Assembly (NCBI GenBank): GCA_944325445.1
Contig: CALVAG010000001.1
Coordinates: 55,652 to 119,651 of the forward strand
DNA: 64,000 bases
Source: an uncultured Bacteroidales bacterium
GTDB lineage: Bacteria; Bacteroidota; Bacteroidia; Bacteroidales; UBA932
Direction: 5' to 3'
This document shows, piece after piece, positions 17,721 through 26,761 of this stretch. Within the stretch, counting starts at the first letter, position 1, and every line of letters begins with the position of its first letter. The position numbers were made by a program, and so were the translations under genes. Under the pieces are notes generated by a model. That model was not told the DNA's origin. It searched no databases and saw only the letters and a program-made list of their open reading frames with translations.

Positions 17721-17728
17721 CAAAGATA
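17721..17728 (-). promoter_or_regulatory. -7 box TATCTTTG for ybaN-like gene
   Basis: Exact match on the minus strand, 13 nt upstream of ATG 17707. Confidence 0.4.
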
Positions 17729-17763
17729 GCTTAAAAAAACCTACACTTAAACAATAGTAATCA

Positions 17764-19155
17764 ATGGAGACTTTCGAAAGGGTAGTAGGCCAGATTACGG
17801 ATTTTCTATGGGGCTGGCCTATGATAGTGATGCTGCTCGGCGTCCACATTTTCTTAACGGTCCGTTTAAGATTTCCTCAACTTCAAATTTTCAAGGCCAT
17901 ACGCCTCTCTTTTAAAAAGGATCACGGCGCTTCTGGAGACGTGAGCCAGTTCGGTGCGCTTGCAACATCATTGGCTGCAACTGTCGGGACAGGCAATATA
18001 GTGGGCGTAGCTACCGCTGTGGCACTCGGAGGCCCGGGTGCGGTTCTGTGGTGCTGGCTTACAGGAGTATTCGGAATAGCGACAAAGTATTCAGAGGGGC
18101 TGCTCTCTATAAAATACAGAGTGAGGACGGCAGACGGAACGATGTTGGGCGGCCCGATGTATGCTATAGAGAGAGGGCTTAAGATAAAATGGCTGGCCGT
18201 TGCATTTGCCGTCTTTACGGCTGTTGCAGCCTTGGGTATCGGAAATACGGTTCAGGCAAATGCGATATCCACCTTGCTTTCCGAACCGGGACTTTTCGGA
18301 GAAAACTTCGGCGGAATTTCCACAACTGTATCCGGTCTGGCAATGGCGGTATTGGTGGCGCTCGTAATAATTTTCGGGGTAAAGGGAATAGCGAAGGTCT
18401 GTACGGCTTTTGTCCCTTTCATGGCCATATTTTATGTTTTGGGCTGCCTTATCATCATATTCATGAACTGGAGTTATATGGGTGAGACAATATCGGTAAT
18501 ATTCAGATCTGCCTTCAGCGCTCAGGCTGCGGGAGGAGGATTCATAGGTTCCACCGTTATGATGGCGGCCCGTTACGGTATTGCAAGAGGCCTCTTTTCC
18601 AATGAGTCCGGAATGGGTTCCGCTCCTATAGTGGCAGCTGCCGCAAAAACCAGGAATCCGGTAAGACAGGCTTTGGTTTCGTCTACGGCAACATTCTGGG
18701 ATACGGTAGTGATATGCGCCCTTACCGGTCTGGTGCTTGTAAGCAGTATTATAGCCCATCCCGATATTTCATCTTCGGACGGAGCCAAACTGACCCAACT
18801 TGCCTTCGGGAAAATTCCATATATCGGCTCGATTATTCTCACCATAGGCCTTGTCACGTTTGCATTTTCCACGATATTGGGCTGGTCGTATTATGCCGAG
18901 AAGGCGATAGAGTATCTTGCAGGAAAAAAATTCATAAAAATTTACAGGGTTTTGTGGGTTATACTCGTCTTTGTGGGTGCGGTTGCCGACCTGTCGCTGG
19001 TATGGGATATCGCGGACGGTACAAATGCCCTTATGGCAATACCTAACCTTATATCTCTCGTCTTTTTAAGCGGAGTAATCGTTGCGGAGACAAGGAAGTA
19101 TCTTTGGAACAAGCGTCTCGACGATTACGACGATACCGAAATTCCGCAGATATGA
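17764..19155 (+). CDS. Sodium:alanine (amino acid) symporter, AGCS family
   Basis: 463 aa polytopic protein with SQFGALATSLAATVGTGNIVGVATA and NESGMGSAPI. Confidence 0.9.
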   Translation: METFERVVGQITDFLWGWPMIVMLLGVHIFLTVRLRFPQLQIFKAIRLSFKKDHGASGDVSQFGALATSLAATVGTGNIVGVATAVALGGPGAVLWCWLTGVFGIATKYSEGLLSIKYRVRTADGTMLGGPMYAIERGLKIKWLAVAFAVFTAVAALGIGNTVQANAISTLLSEPGLFGENFGGISTTVSGLAMAVLVALVIIFGVKGIAKVCTAFVPFMAIFYVLGCLIIIFMNWSYMGETISVIFRSAFSAQAAGGGFIGSTVMMAARYGIARGLFSNESGMGSAPIVAAAAKTRNPVRQALVSSTATFWDTVVICALTGLVLVSSIIAHPDISSSDGAKLTQLAFGKIPYIGSIILTIGLVTFAFSTILGWSYYAEKAIEYLAGKKFIKIYRVLWVILVFVGAVADLSLVWDIADGTNALMAIPNLISLVFLSGVIVAETRKYLWNKRLDDYDDTEIPQI

Positions 19156-19173
19156 CCTGCGTGCACGGACAAT

Positions 19174-19208
19174 AAAAAATGCTGACTGAAAAACAGGCAG
19201 CATTTTTT
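19174..19208. terminator. Bidirectional intrinsic terminator between the symporter and DPP3 genes
   Basis: AAAAAATGCTGaCTG-aaaaa-CAGgCAGCATTTTTT. The stem is flanked by an A-run and a T-run, so it reads as hairpin plus U-tract on both strands. Confidence 0.75.
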
Positions 19209-19228
19209 ATATGTGTATGATTCTATCG

Positions 19229-21250
19229 CTACTCGAAAGAGTACTTCTCTCCGTATTCGAGCATTTGTTTCAAATAGTCGTCGTTATAGACGACCTTGTA
19301 ATCCGTTATATTTCCCTTTTTGTCGGTTACAGGCACTATGTCCGGATTGATGAAGCCCTTGTACGGCTTAAGGTCGAGCGAGGCATAACGCTCCAGAACC
19401 TCTTTGTGCAGGTCGTAATCTATATTGACCGCGTATGTCTCTATAAGGTTCTTGCCTGCCTTGTAGTCTCCTTCGGATTTGATTCTCTGAATCTCTTTGA
19501 GCAACTCTCCGTAGAGATTGCGGAGGGCAGGGTAGTCGTTGATTATAAAGTAGGTCTTGCCATCCTTTACAATCTTTTCTATAACATCTTTTTCGGCACC
19601 GATCTTCTCCTTAAGGCCGTTTTCATAGCACCATTGTGCAATCAGTTTACGGTCTTGCATGTGCGCCTGAGTATTTGTCTTGCCGAGTTCCACTCTTGTG
19701 AATTGAGTAAAGAGACCGTTTACTGTCTGGCTCAAATATTCCGCCTTGTACGCCTGGTCGTCGGGTATTATTCCAAGTTCCACCAATTTGGGATCTGCGA
19801 GATAGTATAGCGCGAAGAGGTCTGCTCTTGCCTCTTCCAATGCCGAATTGTATTCACCGAGCGCAGATGAGGATACTCCGGGCAGAAGTTGGCCAGATCC
19901 GTGTCCGAGACATTCGTGCAGGTCTGTATGAAGGTTGTCTGTCAGGTCTCTGTATTTCTTGATAAGCTCCATATCCTGCGTGCTGTAGTAGAATTCTGTC
20001 GTAAGGCTCTTCGGCGACTCTTCGGCAGCCTTGTTGTATGCATCGGTGATATTTGCTATTGTTACGGACTTTGAACCGTAATCTTTTCTTATCCAGTTCG
20101 CGTTAGGCAGGTTTATGCCTATGGGAGTGGAGGGGTAGCAGTCGCCTGCAAGGCATGCTGCCGTTATTACCTTTGCCGAGACTCCCTTTACCTGCTCTTT
20201 CTTGAATCTGTCGTCGATTGGGGAATTGTCTTCGAACCATTGCGCGTTCGCACTTATTATTTCGGTCCTTTTTGAGGCTTCCATGTCTTTGAAATTTACA
20301 AGCCCTTCCCATGTCGCCTTTCTCCCAAGAGGGTCGTTGTAGTCCTCTATGAACCCGTTTACGAAATCTACGACCGATTCCGTATCCTGAACCCATGCGA
20401 CATTGTATTCATCCCATGTCTCGAGTGAACCGGTGTCGTAGTACTTTATCAGCAAATCTATACATTTCGCCTGCGTGGAGTTTTCTGCATACTCTTTTGC
20501 CTTTTCCAAGTGTTTTACAATTTCTCTGATAGTGTTTCCGTAGAGCCCGTCAGCTTTGTAAACCTCTTCCCTTATGATTCCGTTCTCCTTTACAAGGCGG
20601 CTGTTAAGCCCGTATGAAACAGGAGTGGTATCTTTTGGATCCTCCATTTTCGCATAGAACGCATCAGCCTCAGCCCTGGTTATGCCGCCGCTATAGAAAT
20701 TGACCGAAGATTTAAGGAGTTTGTCTCCGCTCTCTCCGGTATATCTGCGCCATGTATAAAGTTCCATGTCGTAAATCACAGGCAGCAGCTCCTCTGCAAC
20801 GGAACCTTGTCCCGTTTCGGAGAGCAGGGTTTCAAAATACTCCCTGCTGCATTCAGGAGTGAATTTTTCCTCTGCATAGTGATGGTGTATTCCGTTGCTG
20901 AAAAATACGCGTTTTGCATAGACCAGAAATTCCTGATACTCTTTTGACGATGTGTCTCCCTTGTACTCTTTGATTATTTTTTCAAGAGCCTTTCTGATTT
21001 TCAGATTGTATTTGAAATTCTGGTCGAAAAGTATGTCGCGCCCGCATTTTGCGGCTTCGCTCAAGTGGTAGATATAGGCTTTCTGCCGGAGCGTGAGCGA
21101 TTCCCATCCCGGTATCTTGTATCTTAATATCTGCAAGTCCGCGAACTGGTCTACCACATATTTGAAGTCCGCCTCTTTCTTAGGTTCGCTGCATGATGTA
21201 GCCAACAGCGAGAGTCCGCATAAAATGGTCATGATTTTTACGATTTTCAT
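19229..21250 (-). CDS. Dipeptidyl-peptidase III-like M49 metallopeptidase, lipoprotein
   Basis: 673 aa with lipobox LLATSC and the M49 zinc motifs HECLGHGSG and EEARADL. Confidence 0.85.
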   Translation of the reverse strand: MKIVKIMTILCGLSLLATSCSEPKKEADFKYVVDQFADLQILRYKIPGWESLTLRQKAYIYHLSEAAKCGRDILFDQNFKYNLKIRKALEKIIKEYKGDTSSKEYQEFLVYAKRVFFSNGIHHHYAEEKFTPECSREYFETLLSETGQGSVAEELLPVIYDMELYTWRRYTGESGDKLLKSSVNFYSGGITRAEADAFYAKMEDPKDTTPVSYGLNSRLVKENGIIREEVYKADGLYGNTIREIVKHLEKAKEYAENSTQAKCIDLLIKYYDTGSLETWDEYNVAWVQDTESVVDFVNGFIEDYNDPLGRKATWEGLVNFKDMEASKRTEIISANAQWFEDNSPIDDRFKKEQVKGVSAKVITAACLAGDCYPSTPIGINLPNANWIRKDYGSKSVTIANITDAYNKAAEESPKSLTTEFYYSTQDMELIKKYRDLTDNLHTDLHECLGHGSGQLLPGVSSSALGEYNSALEEARADLFALYYLADPKLVELGIIPDDQAYKAEYLSQTVNGLFTQFTRVELGKTNTQAHMQDRKLIAQWCYENGLKEKIGAEKDVIEKIVKDGKTYFIINDYPALRNLYGELLKEIQRIKSEGDYKAGKNLIETYAVNIDYDLHKEVLERYASLDLKPYKGFINPDIVPVTDKKGNITDYKVVYNDDYLKQMLEYGEKYSFE

Positions 21251-21262
21251 ATAATTCTGTTT

Positions 21263-23110
21263 TTAATTGTTCTTTCTGTATTTCAAGCATGTTACGGTAC
21301 CGTCCATAGTCATGGCTATAATTCTCTTTTTACCTGTTTTACATAGCGATGTGACAGCGGAATGCGAGACCTTGCGGCTCCAGACTATTGCGCTTCCGTC
21401 GCTTTTTACCGCATGGACGGTTCCGGATTCGGTAGGGATGAAGATAAGTTTTCCGGAACTTTCGATACGGGTCGGCACAAAGTCGCTTTTGTAGGGCATC
21501 TCTATGCTCCATATCTCTTTATATTTCCCTTCTGAAATATCGGCTGCCGTCACTTTGTTCCCTATTCCCTTTATATAAACCGTTTTTTTATCGGGAGAGA
21601 AGCCTATGGATTCGCGACCTCCGGCTTCATCGGATGCCCAGGCTATATTTCCGTCCGCAGGATTGAAACTGCGCAGAAAATTGTCTGAACTCAATACCAG
21701 AACCCGGCTGCCGATAACTTCGGGCCAGCATGCTCCAGGAGAAAAATAGCGTCCTTTCCCGGTGTCGAATTCCCAGACCTTTTTACCGTCGGAACGCCTT
21801 ATAGCATAAAATTTGGCGCCCCATGTACCTATATAGATGTTGCTGCGGTCCATTGCCGGTCTGGCTTCGATATAGCCTTGAAGACCGGCGGATTCCCAGA
21901 CCTGTTCCCCGCTCTCCAAGTCAAGGCAGAGAAATTTGCCGTTACTGCTTCCGATGTAGACGAATCCGTCTGCGGCAACAGGCGAGGCCACTATCGGGTA
22001 ACCTGTATCATACTTCCAAATCAATTTTCCGTTATTGAGCCGTAGGGCATATACATAGCCGTCGCAAGATGTCGTTATCACTTTTCCCTCCGTGACGAAC
22101 GGCGCGGAGAATATCTTGTTCCCTGTTTGAAAACTCCATAGCTCTTTTCCGCTTTTCGCATTTACCGCATGGAGAATTCCGGCCGTGTTTGTGTAGAGGT
22201 ATATATTGCCTTTCGAATCACCTTGAGAGGCGATATCGGAAATCTCTTTTCTGCTCCAGCTCTCTTCGATCTCCGGGTAGCGGAGGTTTACCGAGTAGTC
22301 CGGCCCGGTATAGCTTACCTTATGGGTGGCGGCATTTCCGACAGCAATGGCAGACCATGCCGGTTTTGTCTCCCTTTTTATAATCCTTTCTTTGAAAACA
22401 AGGGTGTCGTTTTTGAGCGAAACGATATTGTATCCGCCTGCAGGGTCGGCCCTTCTGAGGGTGGAGCGCCCTATTATACCCGGTATGCCGTAAGCATCGT
22501 AATTTTTGTTTACATGAAGATGGCCGGAGAGGATGCATTTTACATCTCTCTTTTCCAATATCCGCAGCAGATCTGAAACGTTGCTCAGGTTATCGTCTAT
22601 CGGGAAATGGTTTATGAATATTATCGGCAGTCGGGGAGGGGTTGCCGTAATGGCGGAATCGAGCCATACGAGCTCTTCGCGCGGTATTTGCGGTGGCCCC
22701 ATGCGCAGGGAGGGTCCGGCGCCGCATCCTATGATTCTGTATCCTCCGAAATCGTGGCAGAAGTGAGGCGGACCGAATATCCTGTCGAATGCCGTGCATC
22801 CGTTTTCGCTCCAGTTTACATCATGGTTGCCTGTCGTCATAAAATATGGTCTCTTCAACTCCTTAAGCAGGGTGTCCAGCATCATGAATTCGCGGGTGTC
22901 TCCGAATTCCGTCAGATCTCCGCTCAGAATGACGAAATCAATTTCCGGATTGCAGTTTATATCTTCAATCGCATCCTTGAAATCTTCCTTGGCGTATGCG
23001 AACGAATTGAGATGGATATCGCTCAACCATGCGAAGGAGAATTGTTGGCCGCACAGGCAGGCCGTATAGCTGCAGATAACGGTTAATGCCGTTAGAATTA
23101 TACTCTTCAT
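21263..23110 (-). CDS. Calcineurin-like metallophosphoesterase fused to a PQQ/BamB-like beta-propeller
   Basis: 615 aa. The N-terminal half has DIHL, GDLTEFG and GNHD motifs. The C-terminal half has repeated G.L.A.....G...W blades (e.g. LHAVNAKSGKELW, VYALRLNNGKLIW, FLCLDLESGEQVW, FYAIRRSDGKKVW). Confidence 0.75.
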   Translation of the reverse strand: MKSIILTALTVICSYTACLCGQQFSFAWLSDIHLNSFAYAKEDFKDAIEDINCNPEIDFVILSGDLTEFGDTREFMMLDTLLKELKRPYFMTTGNHDVNWSENGCTAFDRIFGPPHFCHDFGGYRIIGCGAGPSLRMGPPQIPREELVWLDSAITATPPRLPIIFINHFPIDDNLSNVSDLLRILEKRDVKCILSGHLHVNKNYDAYGIPGIIGRSTLRRADPAGGYNIVSLKNDTLVFKERIIKRETKPAWSAIAVGNAATHKVSYTGPDYSVNLRYPEIEESWSRKEISDIASQGDSKGNIYLYTNTAGILHAVNAKSGKELWSFQTGNKIFSAPFVTEGKVITTSCDGYVYALRLNNGKLIWKYDTGYPIVASPVAADGFVYIGSSNGKFLCLDLESGEQVWESAGLQGYIEARPAMDRSNIYIGTWGAKFYAIRRSDGKKVWEFDTGKGRYFSPGACWPEVIGSRVLVLSSDNFLRSFNPADGNIAWASDEAGGRESIGFSPDKKTVYIKGIGNKVTAADISEGKYKEIWSIEMPYKSDFVPTRIESSGKLIFIPTESGTVHAVKSDGSAIVWSRKVSHSAVTSLCKTGKKRIIAMTMDGTVTCLKYRKNN

Positions 23111-23496
23111 TCCGCGGATACCGTTTGGTTCTCTTCCGTATCGTCCCGTTTTTCTTCGTATCCTGCCGTTCCGGCATAGTCTCCTGCATATTGTCGGGGG
23201 GCCTGGTCGCCTTCATGCCGCACGGCCTGCCGTGTGCCAGGCGCTTCGTCCTGTCCGGATTTATGGAAAAGCCCCTTTATAAAATCGTAGGCGGCTGCGA
23301 CATATCTTCCCAGATATCTTAAAGCGTACAGTTTCGTTATGATTTTATGTATATATGTCAGAGGGTTGAAGTAGGCCTTTAATGCCGAATAATTTTCTGC
23401 CAGTTCCTTCTCTTTTGCCTCTATTTTATACCTTATCTCTGTCTGTGCGTTTTTGAGTTGCCCTAAAGTGGTGATTGAGCTGTATTCTGTTGCCAT
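23107..23496 (-). CDS. Hypothetical protein (coiled-coil N-terminus, acidic/Gln-rich tail)
   Basis: 129 aa ORF. The ATGA overlap at 23107-23110 couples it to the downstream phosphoesterase gene, and it starts 7 nt after the upstream small membrane protein. Confidence 0.5.
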   Translation of the reverse strand: MATEYSSITTLGQLKNAQTEIRYKIEAKEKELAENYSALKAYFNPLTYIHKIITKLYALRYLGRYVAAAYDFIKGLFHKSGQDEAPGTRQAVRHEGDQAPRQYAGDYAGTAGYEEKRDDTEENQTVSAE

Positions 23497-23502
23497 ATTG
23501 CG

Positions 23503-23865
23503 CTATTTGGAGTTGCCGTTAAAGAAAATCTGAATGAAAAATTTTACGAAATTGTTTACGAATATCTTGTTTCTGAACAGATACAAGATTATAAAGACAA
23601 TGATGAAGAATGCCCCGACAGCCAGAAACCCGAGGGCATTCGAGCCCAAGTACTCTCCTATTAAAAAGCCGAGCGCCAGCCCCAAAAGCTGAAGCGCGAT
23701 TACGATTGTCATGGCTGCAAGGAAGATAAAGATCATTTTGCTGCAAAGTAGCGACAATCCCTCTACCCCCTTCAGTTTAAGTTCATCAATTTTTAATGCA
23801 ACATACTCTTTTACAGATGAAATCATTTCATCAGCAGCATTTTTGCCTTTACCGTTCTCTTCCAT
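23503..23865 (-). CDS. Small two-TM membrane protein, holin-X/DUF1469-like
   Basis: 120 aa with an amphipathic N-terminus followed by two hydrophobic helices (IFIFLAAMTIVIALQLLGLALGFLIG and FLAVGAFFIIVFIILYLF). Confidence 0.45.
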   Translation of the reverse strand: MEENGKGKNAADEMISSVKEYVALKIDELKLKGVEGLSLLCSKMIFIFLAAMTIVIALQLLGLALGFLIGEYLGSNALGFLAVGAFFIIVFIILYLFRNKIFVNNFVKFFIQIFFNGNSK

Positions 23866-23890
23866 AGCTGAATTTTAAAGTACCAACAGA

Positions 23891-23898
23891 CAAATATA
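23891..23898 (-). promoter_or_regulatory. -7 box TATATTTG for the holin-like/129-aa/phosphoesterase/DPP3 transcription unit
   Basis: Exact match on the minus strand, about 26 nt upstream of ATG 23865. Confidence 0.5.
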
Positions 23899-23910
23899 TG
23901 TTTTTTTTCC

Positions 23911-23918
23911 TACTTTTG
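23911..23918 (+). promoter_or_regulatory. -7 box TACTTTTG for the DMT gene
   Basis: Exact match, 20 nt upstream of ATG 23938. Confidence 0.5.
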
Positions 23919-23937
23919 CGCGCACAATTTTTACGGT

Positions 23938-24306
23938 ATGGGAAAGGGTTTTCTTACAATATTACTGTTGCTTATATCCAACAGTTTTATGACATTGGCA
24001 TGGTATGGCCATCTTAAATTCGATGCATCCAAACTGTTCCCGAAATGGGGGCTGTTTGCAGTAATAGTGACAAGCTGGCTCGTGGCTTTTTTTGAATATT
24101 GCTTTCAGGTTCCGGCCAACAGAATAGGTTTCAAAAACTTCGGCGGGCCTTTTACGCTTATGCAGCTGAAAGTAATCCAGGAGGTAATTACCCTGATAGT
24201 TTTCGTGCTTTTCTCCATGCTGTTTTTCAAGACGGAGACATTCAGGCTGAATCATCTCATAGCGTGCGTTTTTTTAGTATTGGCCGTCTACTTTATCTTT
24301 AAATAA
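23938..24306 (+). CDS. DMT-superfamily small membrane protein (DUF486)
   Basis: 122 aa with LISNSFMTLAWYGHLKF and four predicted TM helices. Confidence 0.7.
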   Translation: MGKGFLTILLLLISNSFMTLAWYGHLKFDASKLFPKWGLFAVIVTSWLVAFFEYCFQVPANRIGFKNFGGPFTLMQLKVIQEVITLIVFVLFSMLFFKTETFRLNHLIACVFLVLAVYFIFK

Positions 24307-24309
24307 TGC

Positions 24310-24317
24310 TATTTTTG
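24310..24317 (+). promoter_or_regulatory. Possible -7 box TATTTTTG just before the C11 peptidase gene
   Basis: Exact match only 4 nt before ATG 24322. The gene may instead be co-transcribed with the DMT gene. Confidence 0.25.
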
Positions 24318-24321
24318 CAGT

Positions 24322-25599
24322 ATGATAAAGTGTTTAAGGAATATCTGCGGGATTCTGCTCTTTCTGGCAGTGTCACTCTCCATTCTGGTTTCGTGCGAGG
24401 GCGTTGATGATAATCCTCCGGTCAGAGAGGAGAAAAACAGAACGCTGCTTATATACATGGCGGCCAATAACGACCTTTCTCCCAATGCTGCAGCAAATCT
24501 TGACGCATTGAAATCCGGATATATCCCGGAAGAGGAGGGGAATTTGGTGGTATATTATCATATTCCCGGTTCCAATCCTTTGCTGCTGCATTTGAATGGC
24601 GGGCAGGGAGCAGTCGCCGTAGATACGGTTTACAGATTCCCTGCGCTCAATTCGGCGACAGGCGAGGCTCTCTCCTCCGCGATGAATGTCACCAGGACCC
24701 TTTTTCCGGCAAAGGATTACGGATTGATTTTGTGGTCGCATGCAACCGGTTGGCTGCCTGAAGGGGTTTACAGCGAATCTGTTTCGGGCGGAAGACATTC
24801 GGCTGCCTCTTTTGCGCAAGGCGTGGAAAGCCAGTCCGGACGTTATGAGCATCTTGTAAAATTGGACAAATCTGCCTTCAAATATGGAGGCTGCGGAGCA
24901 GATACCAGATCCTTCGGCCGTGACGGCGCATCGGAAATGGAGATAACGGAAATGGTGGAAGCGTTGCCCTACAAGGTTTCGTTCGTTATTTTCGATGCCT
25001 GTTTTATGGGAGGTATAGAGGTGGCATATCAAATGAAGGACAGTACGGATTACCTTTTGTTTTCGCCTGCCGAAGTGCTCTCTACCGGGTTCCCTTACGA
25101 TAAGATTGCGCAGCCTCTCTTTGCCGGGACTCCTGATTTGCAAAGCGTGGCTGAGGAGTTTTATAACTTTTACAACAGCCAAAGCGGTGTAATGAGGTCT
25201 GCAACAGTCTCTCTTGTAAGGACAGCCGGATTGGATAGAGTTGCACAAGAGGCAAAAAAGTTATTCGACCTGTATCGCGACAGGATAGAATCTCTGAATA
25301 AAGAGAAAATACAGGGTTATTTCAGACAAAAAAGCGTGCCTTTCTTTTATGACCTTCAGGATTTCATGCAAAATCTTGCCGGCGAGGGCAACTCTATCGC
25401 CGATTTTAGAATTGCGCTCGACGAGGCTGTAATATATAAGGCATCTACACCCTATTTCATAGAACTGTATATAGATAATGACAAATATTCGGGGTTGAGT
25501 TCCTATATTCCGGATTATTCCGATGAGGAGTTGATTTCGTATTATAAGACTCTGGATTGGAATGTAGAGACGCAAATGATTGCAGATGAAGCGTTATAA
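24322..25599 (+). CDS. Clostripain-related C11-family cysteine peptidase, lipoprotein
   Basis: 425 aa with lipobox ILVSC and LLIYMAANNDL. The catalytic His context is LILWSHATGW and the Cys context is VIFDACFMGG. Confidence 0.8.
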   Translation: MIKCLRNICGILLFLAVSLSILVSCEGVDDNPPVREEKNRTLLIYMAANNDLSPNAAANLDALKSGYIPEEEGNLVVYYHIPGSNPLLLHLNGGQGAVAVDTVYRFPALNSATGEALSSAMNVTRTLFPAKDYGLILWSHATGWLPEGVYSESVSGGRHSAASFAQGVESQSGRYEHLVKLDKSAFKYGGCGADTRSFGRDGASEMEITEMVEALPYKVSFVIFDACFMGGIEVAYQMKDSTDYLLFSPAEVLSTGFPYDKIAQPLFAGTPDLQSVAEEFYNFYNSQSGVMRSATVSLVRTAGLDRVAQEAKKLFDLYRDRIESLNKEKIQGYFRQKSVPFFYDLQDFMQNLAGEGNSIADFRIALDEAVIYKASTPYFIELYIDNDKYSGLSSYIPDYSDEELISYYKTLDWNVETQMIADEAL

Positions 25600-26356
25600 A
25601 TATTATCTTTTCGATATAGACAGGACATTGTGGGCTTTCGATGCCAATTCGAAAAGAGTGATTTTCGCCCTTTTGGACTTTTATAATCTGCACGACAGAC
25701 TGTGCGTCTTCTCCAAGGAGGAGTTTTTTAGAAGATACGACAGTGTAAACAGGCTCCTGTGGCAAAAATATGAGGCTGGAATGATTTCTAAGGAGGAGTT
25801 GAGGACCGAGCGTTTCTATCGTACGTTTATCGAGTATGTTGAAGAGGGAGGAGAAGTAGAAAGCGAAATGCTCGACAGAGATGCCTTGCGTGATTTCAGT
25901 TGCAGATTCTCTGAAAATTATCTTTACAGGATGCCTTATGAAAAGGAGCTGGAGCCTGGGGCGCGTGAGGTACTGGAAAAATTAAAAGGCAGAGGGTGCA
26001 AAATCGCTGCGGTGAGCAACGGTTTCAAGGAGATCCAGTATGGCAAGTTGGGCAATTCGGGTATACTGGATTATATGGATACGATTGTAATATCCGAGGA
26101 GGTCGGGGCGCATAAGCCATCTCCGGTTATTTTCAGGACGGCTTTGGAACGGCTGTGCGGCGTTGAAGCGCTCTCTGATAAAGAGCGGCGTGATTTTATA
26201 AAAAGCCAGACGCTTATGGTCGGCGACGATTTTGCGAACGATATAGAGGGAGCCCAGATATTCGGGATAGATCAGTTCTATTACAATCCGTACCATAAGG
26301 AATGCGACGGCGGTCCTACATACGAATCGGACACTCTGCTTTCGCTTTTGGATTGA
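25580..26356 (+). CDS. HAD-superfamily hydrolase (YjjG-like nucleotidase subfamily)
   Basis: 258 aa with YLFDIDRTLW (DxD), VSNG and MVGDDFANDIEGA. The start may be the second Met at 25586. Confidence 0.8.
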   Translation: MQMKRYKYYLFDIDRTLWAFDANSKRVIFALLDFYNLHDRLCVFSKEEFFRRYDSVNRLLWQKYEAGMISKEELRTERFYRTFIEYVEEGGEVESEMLDRDALRDFSCRFSENYLYRMPYEKELEPGAREVLEKLKGRGCKIAAVSNGFKEIQYGKLGNSGILDYMDTIVISEEVGAHKPSPVIFRTALERLCGVEALSDKERRDFIKSQTLMVGDDFANDIEGAQIFGIDQFYYNPYHKECDGGPTYESDTLLSLLD

Positions 26357-26371
26357 ATCCGGAACGGAAGT

Positions 26372-26695
26372 CTACTCGCTCTCATCTATGATAAAGACCT
26401 CTTCATCTGGAGCGTGGAAAAAATATTGCTCCCTGGCGAATTTTTCCAGACTGTCTTTGTTTGAACGCAACTCCTTAAGTTGCTCGTCTCTCTGTTTTAT
26501 GGCATTTTTATAATATTCGATCTGCCGTTGCTGTACCGACAGCTCTTCCAAATCGGAAGCCCACCTTATAATGTTGTTGGAGTCTATGAAAATAATCCAT
26601 ACGAGAAAAGCCACTGTCGCTATCAAATATTTGTTTTTTAGCAATCTGAATAGCGGAGACACTTTTATTTTCTCTTTTATGGATTTGAATGACAT
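26372..26695 (-). CDS. Septum formation initiator family protein (FtsB/DivIC-like)
   Basis: 107 aa with one N-terminal TM (YLIATVAFLVWIIFI) followed by a coiled coil (QQRQIEYYKNAIKQRDEQLKELRSNKDSLEKFAREQY). Confidence 0.7.
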   Translation of the reverse strand: MSFKSIKEKIKVSPLFRLLKNKYLIATVAFLVWIIFIDSNNIIRWASDLEELSVQQRQIEYYKNAIKQRDEQLKELRSNKDSLEKFAREQYFFHAPDEEVFIIDESE

Positions 26696-26735
26696 CAGGT
26701 GTAATTTTACTATACTATTTAAGTATATTTATGAG

Positions 26736-26743
26736 TATATTTG
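26736..26743 (+). promoter_or_regulatory. -7 box TATATTTG for the nucleotidyltransferase gene
   Basis: Exact match, 19 nt upstream of ATG 26762. It abuts the divergent box. Confidence 0.5.
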
Positions 26744-26751
26744 CAAAAGTA
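26744..26751 (-). promoter_or_regulatory. -7 box TACTTTTG for ftsB-like gene
   Basis: Exact match on the minus strand, 49 nt upstream of ATG 26695. Confidence 0.5.
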
Positions 26752-26761
26752 ATAAAATAAA

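Noticed and set aside
24373-25248. 291-aa minus-strand ORF.
   Set aside because: It is antisense to the C11 peptidase gene, which has the His/Cys catalytic contexts and a lipobox.
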